IMG/VR virus record: IMGVR_UViG_3300032327_000792
Length of the DNA: 64,000 bases
DNA from: a virus
Lineage: Duplodnaviria > Caudoviricetes
Direction: 5' to 3' (one strand)
The notes beneath the pieces were generated by a model that saw only the letters and a program-made list of their open reading frames with translations, made no database searches and was not told the DNA's origin. Shown here piece by piece: positions 27,729 to 37,681 of this stretch (positions are counted from its first letter, which is position 1; each line of letters starts with the position of its first letter). Made by a program: the position numbers and the translations under genes.

Positions 27729-29258
27729 TTATTTGTGCTTTAGACGATGTTCAATTTGATCTTGTTCTGCTGAGCTCAGTAACTCAGGATCATACTCTCC
27801 GGACTCAATCTTGTCAATCAAATGATCAATATAAGCAGTATCATAGGCATACTGATCGCTCAATGATTTGTCAACTTCGATCCAACGAATACCATTGAAC
27901 TTGTATAAAACACTGGGGATACGATCCACTCTCAAAAATGTATCACCCTTGTTTGCTGGCGCAGGAAATGCTGTGCCAAATCCCAACATAGTTCCTGCAT
28001 GTGGCAATACATTGTCTGGTTGCAGTGTCAAATCTTCCCAAGGTAAATGACTAATCTTGCCGTGCTCCAATAGGTCTCGTTGATGCTTGATTGTATCATT
28101 GGGATTAACTTGTTTCCATTGACGCATGGCTTCTTTATCTGGATCGGTTAAATAATCACCAGGACGATTGTCGCTGATAACAACTGTTGGATCCTCGAAT
28201 AGAGATTCGGTGGCAATAACATTGCCCGTGGGCAAATCATCTTTGACTGTTTCTTTGATTTGTGCGACTTGCTCGTCTGTTAAAGCACCATCATCTGGCT
28301 CGTAATTGGGTTCTTTATCAACAACTTTAGGACTGCCAAACGCCGCCGTCATGGGCCACGGAAATCCAGCAAACCTAATTGGTTTGATTTTGGGTTTGGA
28401 TTGGGATTCTTGTTGTCGATCCCAAAAACGAGCACGTTGCTTGGCACGATTGAACCAATTCATTATGCCCAAATTTTCTTCAAAATCAATGCCACGCTTG
28501 CCTTGACGTTCCCATCGGATCGATTCTGTGGCGGCCAACACCATCATGATGGCCAATGGATCAAACACCAACACCAGTATAATGATAACCCAGCGTACTG
28601 CTTTTTCCAACAAATTAGCATCAGGATTGTCACCATAGATCAAAGCGGCAATGTATTTGATTGGTCCTACTTCTGCTTCAACTTTGCGCAATTCGCTGGC
28701 AATAGGAGCACGTTCTTGATTGAGTGCGGCAATTTTCTTCTGTGCTTGAGCTATATCATTTTGCAATGCGGCACGCTCTCTAGCCTGACTTCTACGAATC
28801 TGCACTGCTTTGTCTGCGCCTTGCTCTGTGGTTGATCGACCCATTGTTTGATCGACTGCATTGTCCATCTGTGCAATGGCTCGTCGAGCAGAGTCTATTG
28901 TGTCGCGTTCAGTTTTGATTTTTTCATCCAGAATCTGTACCTGGGCAGTTACGTCACCTGTGGGCACTGCTTGATCTAAGTGTGCTTTGGATAAAAATCC
29001 AAATATGCCCATTGAAGTGATAAACATCAAAACTATCACACTGACAGTCAGTTGTACCTTCATTGAACGTTTGCAATATTGCCAATATTCGTGTAGCCAT
29101 ATAGTCACAGTTACCTTGGCCACTTCCATGATACCGCCCATCACAATGATAGGAATAGCAGCCGCGGCGAAAATAGCGGTCAAGCCAATAATACTATACC
29201 ATGCAGCAACAAGACTCAAACTCAGTGCTACTGCCAACGTCCAATAACTCAAAATCAT
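27729..29258 (-). CDS. Membrane-anchored coiled-coil protein
   Basis: 3 N-terminal TM, long coiled coil, further TM (FDPLAI); start moved to MILSY after TAAATA. Confidence 0.7.
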   Translation of the reverse strand: MILSYWTLAVALSLSLVAAWYSIIGLTAIFAAAAIPIIVMGGIMEVAKVTVTIWLHEYWQYCKRSMKVQLTVSVIVLMFITSMGIFGFLSKAHLDQAVPTGDVTAQVQILDEKIKTERDTIDSARRAIAQMDNAVDQTMGRSTTEQGADKAVQIRRSQARERAALQNDIAQAQKKIAALNQERAPIASELRKVEAEVGPIKYIAALIYGDNPDANLLEKAVRWVIIILVLVFDPLAIMMVLAATESIRWERQGKRGIDFEENLGIMNWFNRAKQRARFWDRQQESQSKPKIKPIRFAGFPWPMTAAFGSPKVVDKEPNYEPDDGALTDEQVAQIKETVKDDLPTGNVIATESLFEDPTVVISDNRPGDYLTDPDKEAMRQWKQVNPNDTIKHQRDLLEHGKISHLPWEDLTLQPDNVLPHAGTMLGFGTAFPAPANKGDTFLRVDRIPSVLYKFNGIRWIEVDKSLSDQYAYDTAYIDHLIDKIESGEYDPELLSSAEQDQIEHRLKHK

Positions 29259-29268
29259 AGCTTGATAT

Positions 29269-29850
29269 TTACCGCCATTGTTTGTGCTTTTCTGCAATCC
29301 ATTCAAGACCATCGTACTCGTTGATGACCCACTCTACGTCTCCGGGAATTTTGACCACTTTTAAACTGGCAAGGTTGCTGTTTACTGCATCCCCCATCTC
29401 ACGCACCAATGCAACAAGTATGGGATCGTCACGAGCAATGTTGTGTCGGTCGTTCCAGTCGTTGCCATTGGACAATTTGATTTTTGAACCAAACCTAACA
29501 GTGTCATCTCTTGACTCCCTGTCTTCTAAACTATAGGCAATACCGGCTCTATCCAAGTATTCAATTTGAGCCTCTCGACTGAGTCCAAATCCGCCATGAT
29601 CACAATTGATCACTATGTGTCGCACACCTTTGAGTGCTTCAAATGTTTCTTCGGCTTCCTCAGAGAGTTCTTCTTCCTCAAACTCCATGTCGCCCACATC
29701 AAGATATTGTTCGGCCATGTCAATCATGCAACTAAAACAAGTTGGACAGAATGCCACAGGCAATATGCCAAAATGCCCATCTACGCCACCTTCGTCTTCG
29801 GTGAATGTGCATGAACACACACTACATTTATAGCTTAGGATTTCTTCCAT
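29269..29850 (-). CDS. Hypothetical two-module protein (Cys4 zinc module plus conserved phage domain)
   Basis: CSVC..CPTC; acidic linker; VINCDHGGFGLS..RDDPIL..EYDGLEWI. Confidence 0.65.
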   Translation of the reverse strand: MEEILSYKCSVCSCTFTEDEGGVDGHFGILPVAFCPTCFSCMIDMAEQYLDVGDMEFEEEELSEEAEETFEALKGVRHIVINCDHGGFGLSREAQIEYLDRAGIAYSLEDRESRDDTVRFGSKIKLSNGNDWNDRHNIARDDPILVALVREMGDAVNSNLASLKVVKIPGDVEWVINEYDGLEWIAEKHKQWR

Positions 29851-30065
29851 TGTTCCAACGTTAGGTTATAGTCTCGTTCGGCATGAATCAGTCTGTTTTC
29901 TAGTTGATTGATCCGGTGTTCACATCTGAACAGACGCACTGCTAAAAACACTATTATAGCAATAACCACGCTCATAGTCAAGCCCCAACCAGCCAATAGG
30001 CTATAGATGCTGTACCATAAATTTTCAACGTTGTTTTGTAGAAAGGCGATTGGATTTAGATTCAT
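29835..30065 (-). CDS. Small TM/coiled-coil protein
   Basis: One TM followed by a coiled coil. Confidence 0.6.
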   Translation of the reverse strand: MNLNPIAFLQNNVENLWYSIYSLLAGWGLTMSVVIAIIVFLAVRLFRCEHRINQLENRLIHAERDYNLTLEQWKKS

Positions 30066-30592
30066 CAGTCGTTGGCCTCATCTTCGATAGTTTTAAACGG
30101 CCATATTCTACCTTGTACTGATTCTAATTTAGTAGGTTTGACTTCTTGACCTTCACTGCCATACACATCTTCATCTACTAATTCAATTTTTACAGGACCC
30201 AAAATAGCCACATGGTCGTCTTCAATTTCCCAATTATGATCTCCATCATACAACCAAGCAGTACCACAGCGTCCGTCATCATCCTCGGATTCCCAACGTA
30301 AGATACTTTCAATCTTCTCTTTCTCTTGGTCGGTAAACCCATCTGAAAAATTTACGTACACTGCACACAAGTCATCTAGTTCACAGCCCCAACCTGTTTC
30401 CGGGCGGCAATATACTCGGTCAGATTCTGACTCCCATACTTCGTTATCTTCTTCTCTGAATCCTTGGCCCCAGCGCCATGTTTCTGTGACGTCAAACCCA
30501 CGCATGGAGCCATCAGGCAAGGTTTCAAATACATCAACAAAATATTCTACGGATTTCTTTTCCAGTGGAGTGATTCTATATAGTTTGGCCAT
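30065..30592 (-). CDS. Acidic hypothetical protein
   Basis: Start moved to MAKLY (TAATG overlap). Confidence 0.65.
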   Translation of the reverse strand: MAKLYRITPLEKKSVEYFVDVFETLPDGSMRGFDVTETWRWGQGFREEDNEVWESESDRVYCRPETGWGCELDDLCAVYVNFSDGFTDQEKEKIESILRWESEDDDGRCGTAWLYDGDHNWEIEDDHVAILGPVKIELVDEDVYGSEGQEVKPTKLESVQGRIWPFKTIEDEAND

Positions 30593-30807
30593 TATACAGT
30601 TTCCCAACGATCAGTTTCAATAATTTGACGTGCTTTGTGTTCTGCTTCTTGTTGAGTCAATGCCGGAATTTCCACAGTCAATATTCCGTTTTTGACCTTG
30701 ATGTTCCACGGTGCCGGTTGTTTCAAACTGAATGACCCAATACGGGCCTGCACTGTAAAAAGCTCACTGTAGCGAGCTTGATTGATTATGTCATTTGCGT
30801 TTAACAT
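30592..30807 (-). CDS. Hypothetical protein
   Basis: Start moved to MLNAND because the upstream part is occupied by another ORF. Confidence 0.55.
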   Translation of the reverse strand: MLNANDIINQARYSELFTVQARIGSFSLKQPAPWNIKVKNGILTVEIPALTQQEAEHKARQIIETDRWETV

Positions 30808-30946
30808 TGTGTTCCTTACATTCTTGATTGCATTGGTCTCTACCTTGGCGACAATCGCCCCAACATCCACTTGGTAATTTTTTCACAAGCCATGCCACTG
30901 CAACCACAGTCACAGCAAATATTGATCCCATGGCTATGGCTGTCAT
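30791..30946 (-). CDS. Small TM peptide with Cys-rich tail (51 aa)
   Basis: MTAIAMGSIFAVTVVAVAWLVKKLPSGCWGDCRQGRDQCNQEC...; coupled to the upstream stop. Confidence 0.55.
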   Translation of the reverse strand: MTAIAMGSIFAVTVVAVAWLVKKLPSGCWGDCRQGRDQCNQECKEHNVKRK

Positions 30947-31194
30947 TTACGACTCAACTCCCTGGCAATACGGTCTTGTTCGGTACGATACAGATAGTAT
31001 TGAAATTTAACTGTCCACACAACAGCATCAACAAAACTGATCACTATACCTGTGATCAGTATGCCCAACGGCCACGGATCTGGGCAAGACGCTAGCTTGG
31101 CCACAACGGCCAAAATAACTAGCATAAGTGCCCAAAATTGAACACTCTTGTAGCAGTCTTGAAACTGCCATCTTAAAAACCCCAACATTTTCAT
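30943..31194 (-). CDS. Two-TM membrane protein
   Basis: Two hydrophobic segments. Confidence 0.6.
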   Translation of the reverse strand: MKMLGFLRWQFQDCYKSVQFWALMLVILAVVAKLASCPDPWPLGILITGIVISFVDAVVWTVKFQYYLYRTEQDRIARELSRK

Positions 31195-31205
31195 ATTATT
31201 CCTTA

Positions 31206-32243
31206 TTATTTTATTTCTACTGGATCAACAGCAAGTCCTCGCCACGCAACCACGTCCTTGATGGATTGGCCTTCTGCATTTTTCCAAGTACGACCGGACC
31301 ATTCTGCACGAACAATTCTTGCAAACGGCCAGGCAATGTCTTTGCCTAGGTCAATTTCGTATTCGCCTTGGCGCACAGGTTTGATATCCACTGGGTACCA
31401 ATCAGTCATCATGTCTTCGCCGAGTTGATCTAGTTCTGCAATCAAACCATCTTCGATAGTAAACGAACCCGGAGTAGCGAACTCATGTGGAGTCTCGTCC
31501 TCTTCATCTTCGTCTTCATCGTCTTCGTTTCGATATTTGCCTTGATAGACTTCATCTCCGTTGCAAAGAATCCACTTGTTTTCGTTCCACTTGCCAGTGG
31601 TTGAATATCCACCTGTGCCGTCAATTTCTACCCCATCATATTCCACACTGCTGATCAGCCACCAACCATCACAGTTTTCATAGTACACAGTGAGTTTCTT
31701 TGGATCAAACGGCTGTGTAAGTTCAATTTCACCATCAAAGAATGTGCCTTTTTCACCTTGACCGCCCCAGTGTACAATAGTATCTTTTGGTAGGTCATCA
31801 AGCTCACATCCACCCGATTTGTTTACCTCAACACCTGCATCTTCAAGTTCATTGAGTCCTGCAGCACAACACCAGTGCTGGTTGCCGTGCTCATCATTGA
31901 TTTGAATTTCGTTTGAGCTGGATAGTTCTGCACCTGATGCATGAAACAAGTCGTCACAGTCATAGGGACTGCCAGGGCTGAATGGCATTAACTCACGAGG
32001 GACATCGCCAAACACATCGTCCCAATCATTGGCATACTGTTCAATGTCAATTTTGTTTTGTTTGAAGTATTCGTAAGTAGCACGATCCACCTTGCCGGCA
32101 TAGGATTCGCCACCGTAGCCACCAATGTAGATTGTGTAGGTTCGTGGTGTAAATTTAAGAGTTTGAATCAACTCTTCATGCTGTTTTTTAGTTGCCATCA
32201 ATGCTTTCCTTGTAAATCTGCCCAACTTGGGCAATGTCATCAA
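31206..32243 (-). CDS. Acidic hypothetical protein with a C-terminal WYP..KPVRQGEYE module
   Basis: 345-aa ORF; poly-acidic linker. Confidence 0.65.
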   Translation of the reverse strand: MMTLPKLGRFTRKALMATKKQHEELIQTLKFTPRTYTIYIGGYGGESYAGKVDRATYEYFKQNKIDIEQYANDWDDVFGDVPRELMPFSPGSPYDCDDLFHASGAELSSSNEIQINDEHGNQHWCCAAGLNELEDAGVEVNKSGGCELDDLPKDTIVHWGGQGEKGTFFDGEIELTQPFDPKKLTVYYENCDGWWLISSVEYDGVEIDGTGGYSTTGKWNENKWILCNGDEVYQGKYRNEDDEDEDEEDETPHEFATPGSFTIEDGLIAELDQLGEDMMTDWYPVDIKPVRQGEYEIDLGKDIAWPFARIVRAEWSGRTWKNAEGQSIKDVVAWRGLAVDPVEIK

Positions 32244-32418
32244 CCTACATATTTGCTCTTTTTAAATAGCTGTTTGATCCGCCACTTGATATAGTGTAGC
32301 CATTCTTTTCTATGAATCATTTATCTTCTCCAAACCGATCTATAAAACAATCTACAATTTTGTCTATAATTAATACACCAACTATGGCCGCTAGTATCAA
32401 TATAATGTATGCTAACAT
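32240..32418 (-). CDS. Two tandem mini ORFs (33 aa TM peptide 32317-32418; 26 aa basic peptide 32240-32320)
   Basis: ATGA-coupled chain filling the gap between the ligase and the 31206 gene. Confidence 0.35.
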
Positions 32419-32438
32419 AAATTCAATATCCTGTCAAA

Positions 32439-33812
32439 TTAAATTTTGTCACCGGCTTCAAAATCTCTAAAGCGTAAAAATCTTGGAAACCTTAGCGAGT
32501 ATGATCCGTCTTGGTTTTGCGTAACTGCATCAGCTTGGACTTCAACCAAGTGACCAACAATGGAATCCCGACCGGACCAGAAAACATCCCTATTGCTATC
32601 AGACAAACCACTGCCCACATTAACATGAATGTGTCGTTCATTATCAACTCCTTCACAAATTAGTGCGCCTAAACGTCCGGCATTACGACCTGTACCTTCT
32701 TCCATACCAATCACCGTTAGGTCTACACTGATGGTTGGTTTCCACTTCATCCAAAAACTACTGCGTCTACATTCATATGGCGCATCCAAGTCCTTGATCA
32801 TGATTCCTTCAAATCCATCTGCCACAGCATCATCTGCAAACCTACGCATTTGATCATGTCCCTCGGCAGTGTCCAAATCAACTTCAAATCCAGGCATAAC
32901 TTGTAGGCCAGTTTCGGTTTCAATCTTACTACGATTGTTCATTAACCATGCCGTACGCTTGTGTTGTTGTGCGTTCCAATATCCACGTTCAAAATCCTCA
33001 AATGGCATGGCATCGAAGATACAGTAAGTCATACCTTCAGTTTCAACATCACTTTTACGCTGTGCTTGGCGCATCAAGGCTTGAAAACTTTCACCGATGA
33101 TCTCACCATCCAACACAATCCGACCACCATAGGTTGGTGTAAGATGTTTGGCCACACGTCGAATTGATTCCTGAATCTGCGGAAAGTTATCAAAGGGTTT
33201 GCCGTTGCGGCTGTACAAGTTTACTGCGGTACCATGAATAATTGCCAGTACACGCACTCCGTCCAGTTTCTTCTCAATCAGCTTGCGTCCCTTGAGCTTG
33301 CTTTGATGATCATTGGAATCTGTAGCCAACTGGCATGAGAACACAGGAATCTTCCATTCTGTTTTGCCCAACACCTTGTTTAGAGTCTTTTCCGAAATAC
33401 CACAGCGTAGATCTTTGATCAGGACTCTACGAGCAAGTCCGTTCCACTCCTCAGAGTCAAACTGTTGTGCTATGTCTTGAATAGCATCTCTAGCATTGTG
33501 TCCTGTGACACTACGAGTTCTCAGTGATTCAAGCAAGCCCCAGAATCGAGGCCATGGGTTTGCGGCATTCTTGATATCTTGGGTTTCCAATACTTGTTTG
33601 ACGCCAAACACATAATAGGGGTTGTAGGCCTGGTAGCAGTTGAACAAAAAGGATTGAGCATTGAGACTGCCCAACTTCGAGGCCATTAATGCTTTCTCGA
33701 TCACTTTCTCTTTGTGTAATCTGCTGTCGCTTGATTCTAGGTCTCTGATCCAGTCCGCGGCCAACTTTAGTCCTTTGCATTCATGTACTCGTGTTTGAAA
33801 TGAGTCATTCAT
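32439..33812 (-). CDS. lig: ATP-dependent DNA ligase
   Basis: EKKLDGVR (motif I), LDGEI, FDAM, EGIMIK, WMKWK, OB-fold LRFPRFLRFR. Confidence 0.95.
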   Translation of the reverse strand: MNDSFQTRVHECKGLKLAADWIRDLESSDSRLHKEKVIEKALMASKLGSLNAQSFLFNCYQAYNPYYVFGVKQVLETQDIKNAANPWPRFWGLLESLRTRSVTGHNARDAIQDIAQQFDSEEWNGLARRVLIKDLRCGISEKTLNKVLGKTEWKIPVFSCQLATDSNDHQSKLKGRKLIEKKLDGVRVLAIIHGTAVNLYSRNGKPFDNFPQIQESIRRVAKHLTPTYGGRIVLDGEIIGESFQALMRQAQRKSDVETEGMTYCIFDAMPFEDFERGYWNAQQHKRTAWLMNNRSKIETETGLQVMPGFEVDLDTAEGHDQMRRFADDAVADGFEGIMIKDLDAPYECRRSSFWMKWKPTISVDLTVIGMEEGTGRNAGRLGALICEGVDNERHIHVNVGSGLSDSNRDVFWSGRDSIVGHLVEVQADAVTQNQDGSYSLRFPRFLRFRDFEAGDKI

Positions 33813-33819
33813 ATATTTA

Positions 33820-34230
33820 CTACCAGCTTGAATTATAAAATACACGCAGTCCTAAAAACAGTTCTGCACGAGCTTGTCGGACGAATTCTAAATCTTGGGT
33901 ACGATAGTAATCGTCGGCACCTTCACCAAAGAAGAATCCCGAAGTTCTTGGGAAATCTCCATTGACCACCGCCGACTCCAGGCGTTCCAACATATCCCAA
34001 TCGATTTCCAACTGGTCACCGTTGAAGTCACCAGTGTTGCCTTGGTCTAGCCATTCCTTGTGGAACCATCCGTGTAAATTTGGATGCTTTCGCCAGTATG
34101 CTAGTTCTTTGGGTTTGGTTACTGTTGCACTAACAAATTCTTTTGAATCTTTGTCAAGCTCGCAGGAGTCCCAATATTCTCCATACTGTTTCTCGCTGGC
34201 GGCTGCATAAGCATACATGTCCAGACCCAT
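33820..34230 (-). CDS. Conserved phage hypothetical protein
   Basis: MGLDMYAY..., YWRKHPNLHGWF, FYNSSW. Confidence 0.7.
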   Translation of the reverse strand: MGLDMYAYAAASEKQYGEYWDSCELDKDSKEFVSATVTKPKELAYWRKHPNLHGWFHKEWLDQGNTGDFNGDQLEIDWDMLERLESAVVNGDFPRTSGFFFGEGADDYYRTQDLEFVRQARAELFLGLRVFYNSSW

Positions 34231-34231
34231 A

Positions 34232-34420
34232 TTATTGCTCCATCACAGCTTTGAGAACTTCTTGAACTTGTGGGAAGCCTTTGCGTTCTTCACGACGTAC
34301 CAGTTCTTCGATCATGTCGGCCTGCATGTCATGTAGACCCGACACAAATGTCATGATGTCTTCTCTTTTCATGATATATTTGAGTCCCATGATCTTTTTT
34401 GGTTCTTTGCTGTATTCCAT
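34232..34420 (-). CDS. Hypothetical protein
   Basis: GGGGAC RBS-like; 62 aa. Confidence 0.5.
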   Translation of the reverse strand: MEYSKEPKKIMGLKYIMKREDIMTFVSGLHDMQADMIEELVRREERKGFPQVQEVLKAVMEQ

Positions 34421-34429
34421 ATTGTCCCC

Positions 34430-34696
34430 TTAGTCCCAACTCTTTTTGTCGCCGTGCAATTCATTCCATTCGTAGCCAGCTAGGTACTCAGCTACTTCGT
34501 CTGCTGTCAAATTGACCACTGCTGTGCCGTTGTAGCTACCTGTCGGATGCCAATGCGGTGCAGGTGGTCGACTGTAATAACTGTCTGCTGATCCGCGATC
34601 AAACAACCCACCGTGACGTTTACGATCAAACTGTGGACCACGCAAAGCTCTGACCACTGCTTGTTGTTCTTTTTCATCCAATATCTGCAAGTACAT
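34430..34696 (-). CDS. Hypothetical early protein
   Basis: AGGAG RBS; HGGLFDRGSADSYY motif. Confidence 0.65.
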   Translation of the reverse strand: MYLQILDEKEQQAVVRALRGPQFDRKRHGGLFDRGSADSYYSRPPAPHWHPTGSYNGTAVVNLTADEVAEYLAGYEWNELHGDKKSWD

Positions 34697-34726
34697 ATTT
34701 GCTCCTAAATTCTAACTATATGTAAT

Positions 34727-34755
34727 ATTATACTGTTTTGGGTATTTCTGGTCAA
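34727..34755 (-). promoter_or_regulatory. sigma70-type early promoter
   Basis: TTGACC-17 nt-TATAAT; shares GGTTGACCAGAAATACCC with 35206-35234. Confidence 0.8.
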
Positions 34756-34767
34756 CCGCCTGCTAAG

Positions 34768-34923
34768 TCATTGATTTTGATGGCGAAATTCACGCTTTAA
34801 CCAGTATTTGAACTTGTTAAAATATTCCTGTTGGCTAAGTGGTTGCTCATTGAACGCATCACGCTCGCGACAGTTTTCCTGCCAAAGTTGGCGCAACCAA
34901 GATCTAAATTCAGTGTTTTTCAT
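34768..34923 (-). CDS. Small hypothetical protein (51 aa)
   Basis: MKNTEFRSWLRQLWQENCRERDAFNEQPLSQQEYFNKFKYWLKREFRHQNQ; ATGA coupling. Confidence 0.6.
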   Translation of the reverse strand: MKNTEFRSWLRQLWQENCRERDAFNEQPLSQQEYFNKFKYWLKREFRHQNQ

Positions 34924-35174
34924 ACCGCACCCAGATATGGTGAGTAAACTTCTTCAGGAGCCTCAACAAAATCAAAAGCATATTTGCCTGTGTCGCCAAT
35001 AGCAGTAACTTGCACTGTACCTACTCCCAATGATTGACTGAGTCTGTGAAACACTGTGCGAGCTTGACCTTCGTTGATAGGACTCACGAACAAACATCCG
35101 TTGTAGAACTCAGTTCGGACTGATTCATTTGTAAGGGCAGTTTTAACTATTTGACTTACACAAGTTTCAAACAT
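34920..35174 (-). CDS. Hypothetical early protein
   Basis: AGGAGA RBS downstream of the early promoter. Confidence 0.65.
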   Translation of the reverse strand: MFETCVSQIVKTALTNESVRTEFYNGCLFVSPINEGQARTVFHRLSQSLGVGTVQVTAIGDTGKYAFDFVEAPEEVYSPYLGAV

Positions 35175-35205
35175 AACTTCTCCTGATGTTTAACTTTATA
35201 ACAAT

Positions 35206-35234
35206 ATTATAGCAAAACGGGTATTTCTGGTCAA
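35206..35234 (-). promoter_or_regulatory. sigma70-type early promoter
   Basis: TTGACC-17 nt-TATAAT. Confidence 0.8.
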
Positions 35235-35239
35235 CCATG

Positions 35240-35262
35240 AAAAACCCCTAGTAATAGGGGTT
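35240..35262 (-). terminator. Intrinsic terminator
   Basis: AACCCCTA-TTAC-TAGGGGTT followed by TTT on the minus strand. Confidence 0.75.
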
Positions 35263-35288
35263 GTAAGTTGTTGATTTGTAACAGTTTT

Positions 35289-35513
35289 TTATTGTACGGG
35301 ACCTGTAGTGTCTATTGGATGTACCCGATCACGTCTACTGACCACATCGTCAACAATTTGTTTGTACTCTTCAGGATCCAGTACTGTTTTGTAGATACGC
35401 ATTCCCATGACCATCAATACCGCGGCCAACGCTAGAGAATCGTGTTCTTCCAACAATGTAGCAGTGACTCTGCCCACTACATCATACACATCTGCAACCT
35501 TGTCGTCGTTCAT
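35289..35513 (-). CDS. Hypothetical protein
   Basis: 74 aa; ATGA coupling. Confidence 0.6.
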   Translation of the reverse strand: MNDDKVADVYDVVGRVTATLLEEHDSLALAAVLMVMGMRIYKTVLDPEEYKQIVDDVVSRRDRVHPIDTTGPVQ

Positions 35514-35662
35514 TTCTTAAGATCCTTATCGAACAAACTGTTTATAACGCTGGTCCAATAACGTAACCAAAGTTTGGTTTGTTGTTCTTGATACTGAACC
35601 CAAGGACTCCATGGGTTTGCCGGAGGTTGCTGCTTTGGTTGATTATTGTTTTGTTCTGACAT
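35510..35662 (-). CDS. Small hypothetical protein
   Basis: MSEQNNNQPKQQPPANPWSPW... Confidence 0.5.
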   Translation of the reverse strand: MSEQNNNQPKQQPPANPWSPWVQYQEQQTKLWLRYWTSVINSLFDKDLKK

Positions 35663-35714
35663 AAGGTTCTTTCTAAATTCTATATTGTGATTATAGCAAG
35701 AAAAATTCAATTTG

Positions 35715-36710
35715 TCAAATAATTTTTTGACTAGTTGCTTGTGCTACTGTATATTGACCGGTTCCTAAATCAGCCTGTGGTTCGGCAACTTCGTCACTGA
35801 CAATGATATCAGTGGTAATACCTGCGGCACTTAATCTGTTTTGATTTCTGGCTTCTCGCATGGTACTGATTATTGCTTGCCCGCCTTGTGTGTTGGTTGC
35901 CAAACTTTGCATGATATAAGCAGCTCCGCCTTCTGTGGTATCAAGGCCATTACTAGCCAAACCAGTTACCAAACCCATTGGTGTCATACCAACAACCAAA
36001 TCTGCCAGTACTACGTCGGCCAAAGCAAGATTGGTGATTTCGAGAGCAATCTGCGCAGACATGTTGTTAAAATCAGTTGTGGTCTGTGCTACATTGGCAC
36101 TGTTGCTTGATATAATAGGTGCCACTGCTGACAACATCGCTGGTGTTAGCCCATTATCAAATGCCAACTGTATAGATGCAGATGCACTATTAGCAGTGTA
36201 AGTTCCGGCGCCGGGCAAGCCACCTGGAATGGTAGTGGTACAACTAAGCACTGGAGGAGGTCCTGGATCTACTTCCGAACATACTGTATATGCGCCAGAA
36301 GCAGTTGTTGCCATCACAGTATACACCCCTGTGGTTGAATTGGTTAATGTAGAGAATGCTCCAGCCGTGGTCATGGCAGTTAAGACAGCAGTGGTGTTGG
36401 CCAATGCTTCGTTGTGTACCCATCCTGTGGGAGTACCAATAAAATCTGTCAGCAAAAACAATCCATCCTCACCAGTGCCAGTGGAGAAGGTAGTAGTAAA
36501 ATATGCTAGCACGTTGGCCGGCAATGGCTCTGTCAATGCGTTAATTAAGTCTAGACCTACATTGGATTCTAATCTTGCAGTTGCTTTGGCAACCAATGGC
36601 AACGAACTATCAAAAATTGTTTTGATTTGTTCAAAAGCAGCTTGCAATGCTTTGTTAGACAATGCCTGATCTGCAGGAATAATCTGTCGTAACTGACTGT
36701 AGGTGCTCAT
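35715..36710 (-). CDS. Probable virion (tail/baseplate-associated) protein
   Basis: Thr/Ala/Gly-rich; in an operon with the PAAR gene. Confidence 0.5.
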   Translation of the reverse strand: MSTYSQLRQIIPADQALSNKALQAAFEQIKTIFDSSLPLVAKATARLESNVGLDLINALTEPLPANVLAYFTTTFSTGTGEDGLFLLTDFIGTPTGWVHNEALANTTAVLTAMTTAGAFSTLTNSTTGVYTVMATTASGAYTVCSEVDPGPPPVLSCTTTIPGGLPGAGTYTANSASASIQLAFDNGLTPAMLSAVAPIISSNSANVAQTTTDFNNMSAQIALEITNLALADVVLADLVVGMTPMGLVTGLASNGLDTTEGGAAYIMQSLATNTQGGQAIISTMREARNQNRLSAAGITTDIIVSDEVAEPQADLGTGQYTVAQATSQKII

Positions 36711-37681
36711 AATGCGTTGTTTCCTTGATTCTGCAAAGGATTGCCTTGCAACGGAGCCAATACACTGGCTGGCAACGATGTTGCCAAATTTGAATTTACT
36801 GATCCGGCTGTGTCTATATAGATGCCTCGTAGACCGTTGGCGGTAGGAGCTGTCAATGTTATGTAACTGCGAGGAAATATCTTGTAGGGATTCAACAGGT
36901 CAGCCATAGTGGCGATACCAGCAGTGGTCACTCTCAACAACTTTAAAATCTGTGCAAGATCTGTTCCGGTCACTGTGGTCATGGCCTGATAAATTAGTTT
37001 TTGTTCAGCCGGAGTAAAGGTTGTGGTACCAATGTTGTCAATGGCATCTTGGCTTATTCCCACACCCAATAAAGCTGTTGTTAGGCCCGGAGTCGGATAG
37101 CTCAATGTTGCTACTTGTTCCAACAATGCTGCTGGACTACCTAAATTATTCAAGTTGTTCAAATCAATCAGCACACCCAGTTGTGCTACATCCGCACTGA
37201 ACGCTGCAAAGGCCTGAGTAACATCACTGAACCCACCAGTGATGGTGTTGTCCTGACTGGTAAATCCTGTGACCACATTTGGATCGTTGGCGTTAATTGT
37301 ACTTTTAATAAGTTGATTGGCCTGCGCCTGGTATCCACTGGCAGAGTTAAATATTTGTTCAAACTGACCTAGATCCCCGTTGCCCAAGATGTTACCAGAC
37401 TGCGTGTTGATTTTTCCAGTCATTGTGCCCGTTCCCAAAGAACCTTGATAGGCAGTGGGAATGGCGTTGGTCAATGCAGGAAAGGTATTGGCCACAACGT
37501 TGACAGAAATGTATCCAGTGCCGGCGATGGCGGCAAATTGACTTACTACGGGAACACTAGTATAGGCACTGATGTTGCTGGTAAGCTGAGCATTGGCTTG
37601 AATGGCAACTCCGCCAATGTTGCCCAGTATGCCGGCACCCGCAATAAGATTAACAGAACTTAATGTTCCAAGAATAGTCAT
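36707..37681 (-). CDS. Probable virion (tail/baseplate-associated) protein
   Basis: Directly downstream of PAAR; C-terminal IFPRSYITLTAP. Confidence 0.5.
   Translation of the reverse strand: MTILGTLSSVNLIAGAGILGNIGGVAIQANAQLTSNISAYTSVPVVSQFAAIAGTGYISVNVVANTFPALTNAIPTAYQGSLGTGTMTGKINTQSGNILGNGDLGQFEQIFNSASGYQAQANQLIKSTINANDPNVVTGFTSQDNTITGGFSDVTQAFAAFSADVAQLGVLIDLNNLNNLGSPAALLEQVATLSYPTPGLTTALLGVGISQDAIDNIGTTTFTPAEQKLIYQAMTTVTGTDLAQILKLLRVTTAGIATMADLLNPYKIFPRSYITLTAPTANGLRGIYIDTAGSVNSNLATSLPASVLAPLQGNPLQNQGNNAL

Noticed and set aside
33813-33819. TAAATA as late promoter for the ligase
   Set aside because: Only 1 nt from the ATG; transcription would start inside the ORF
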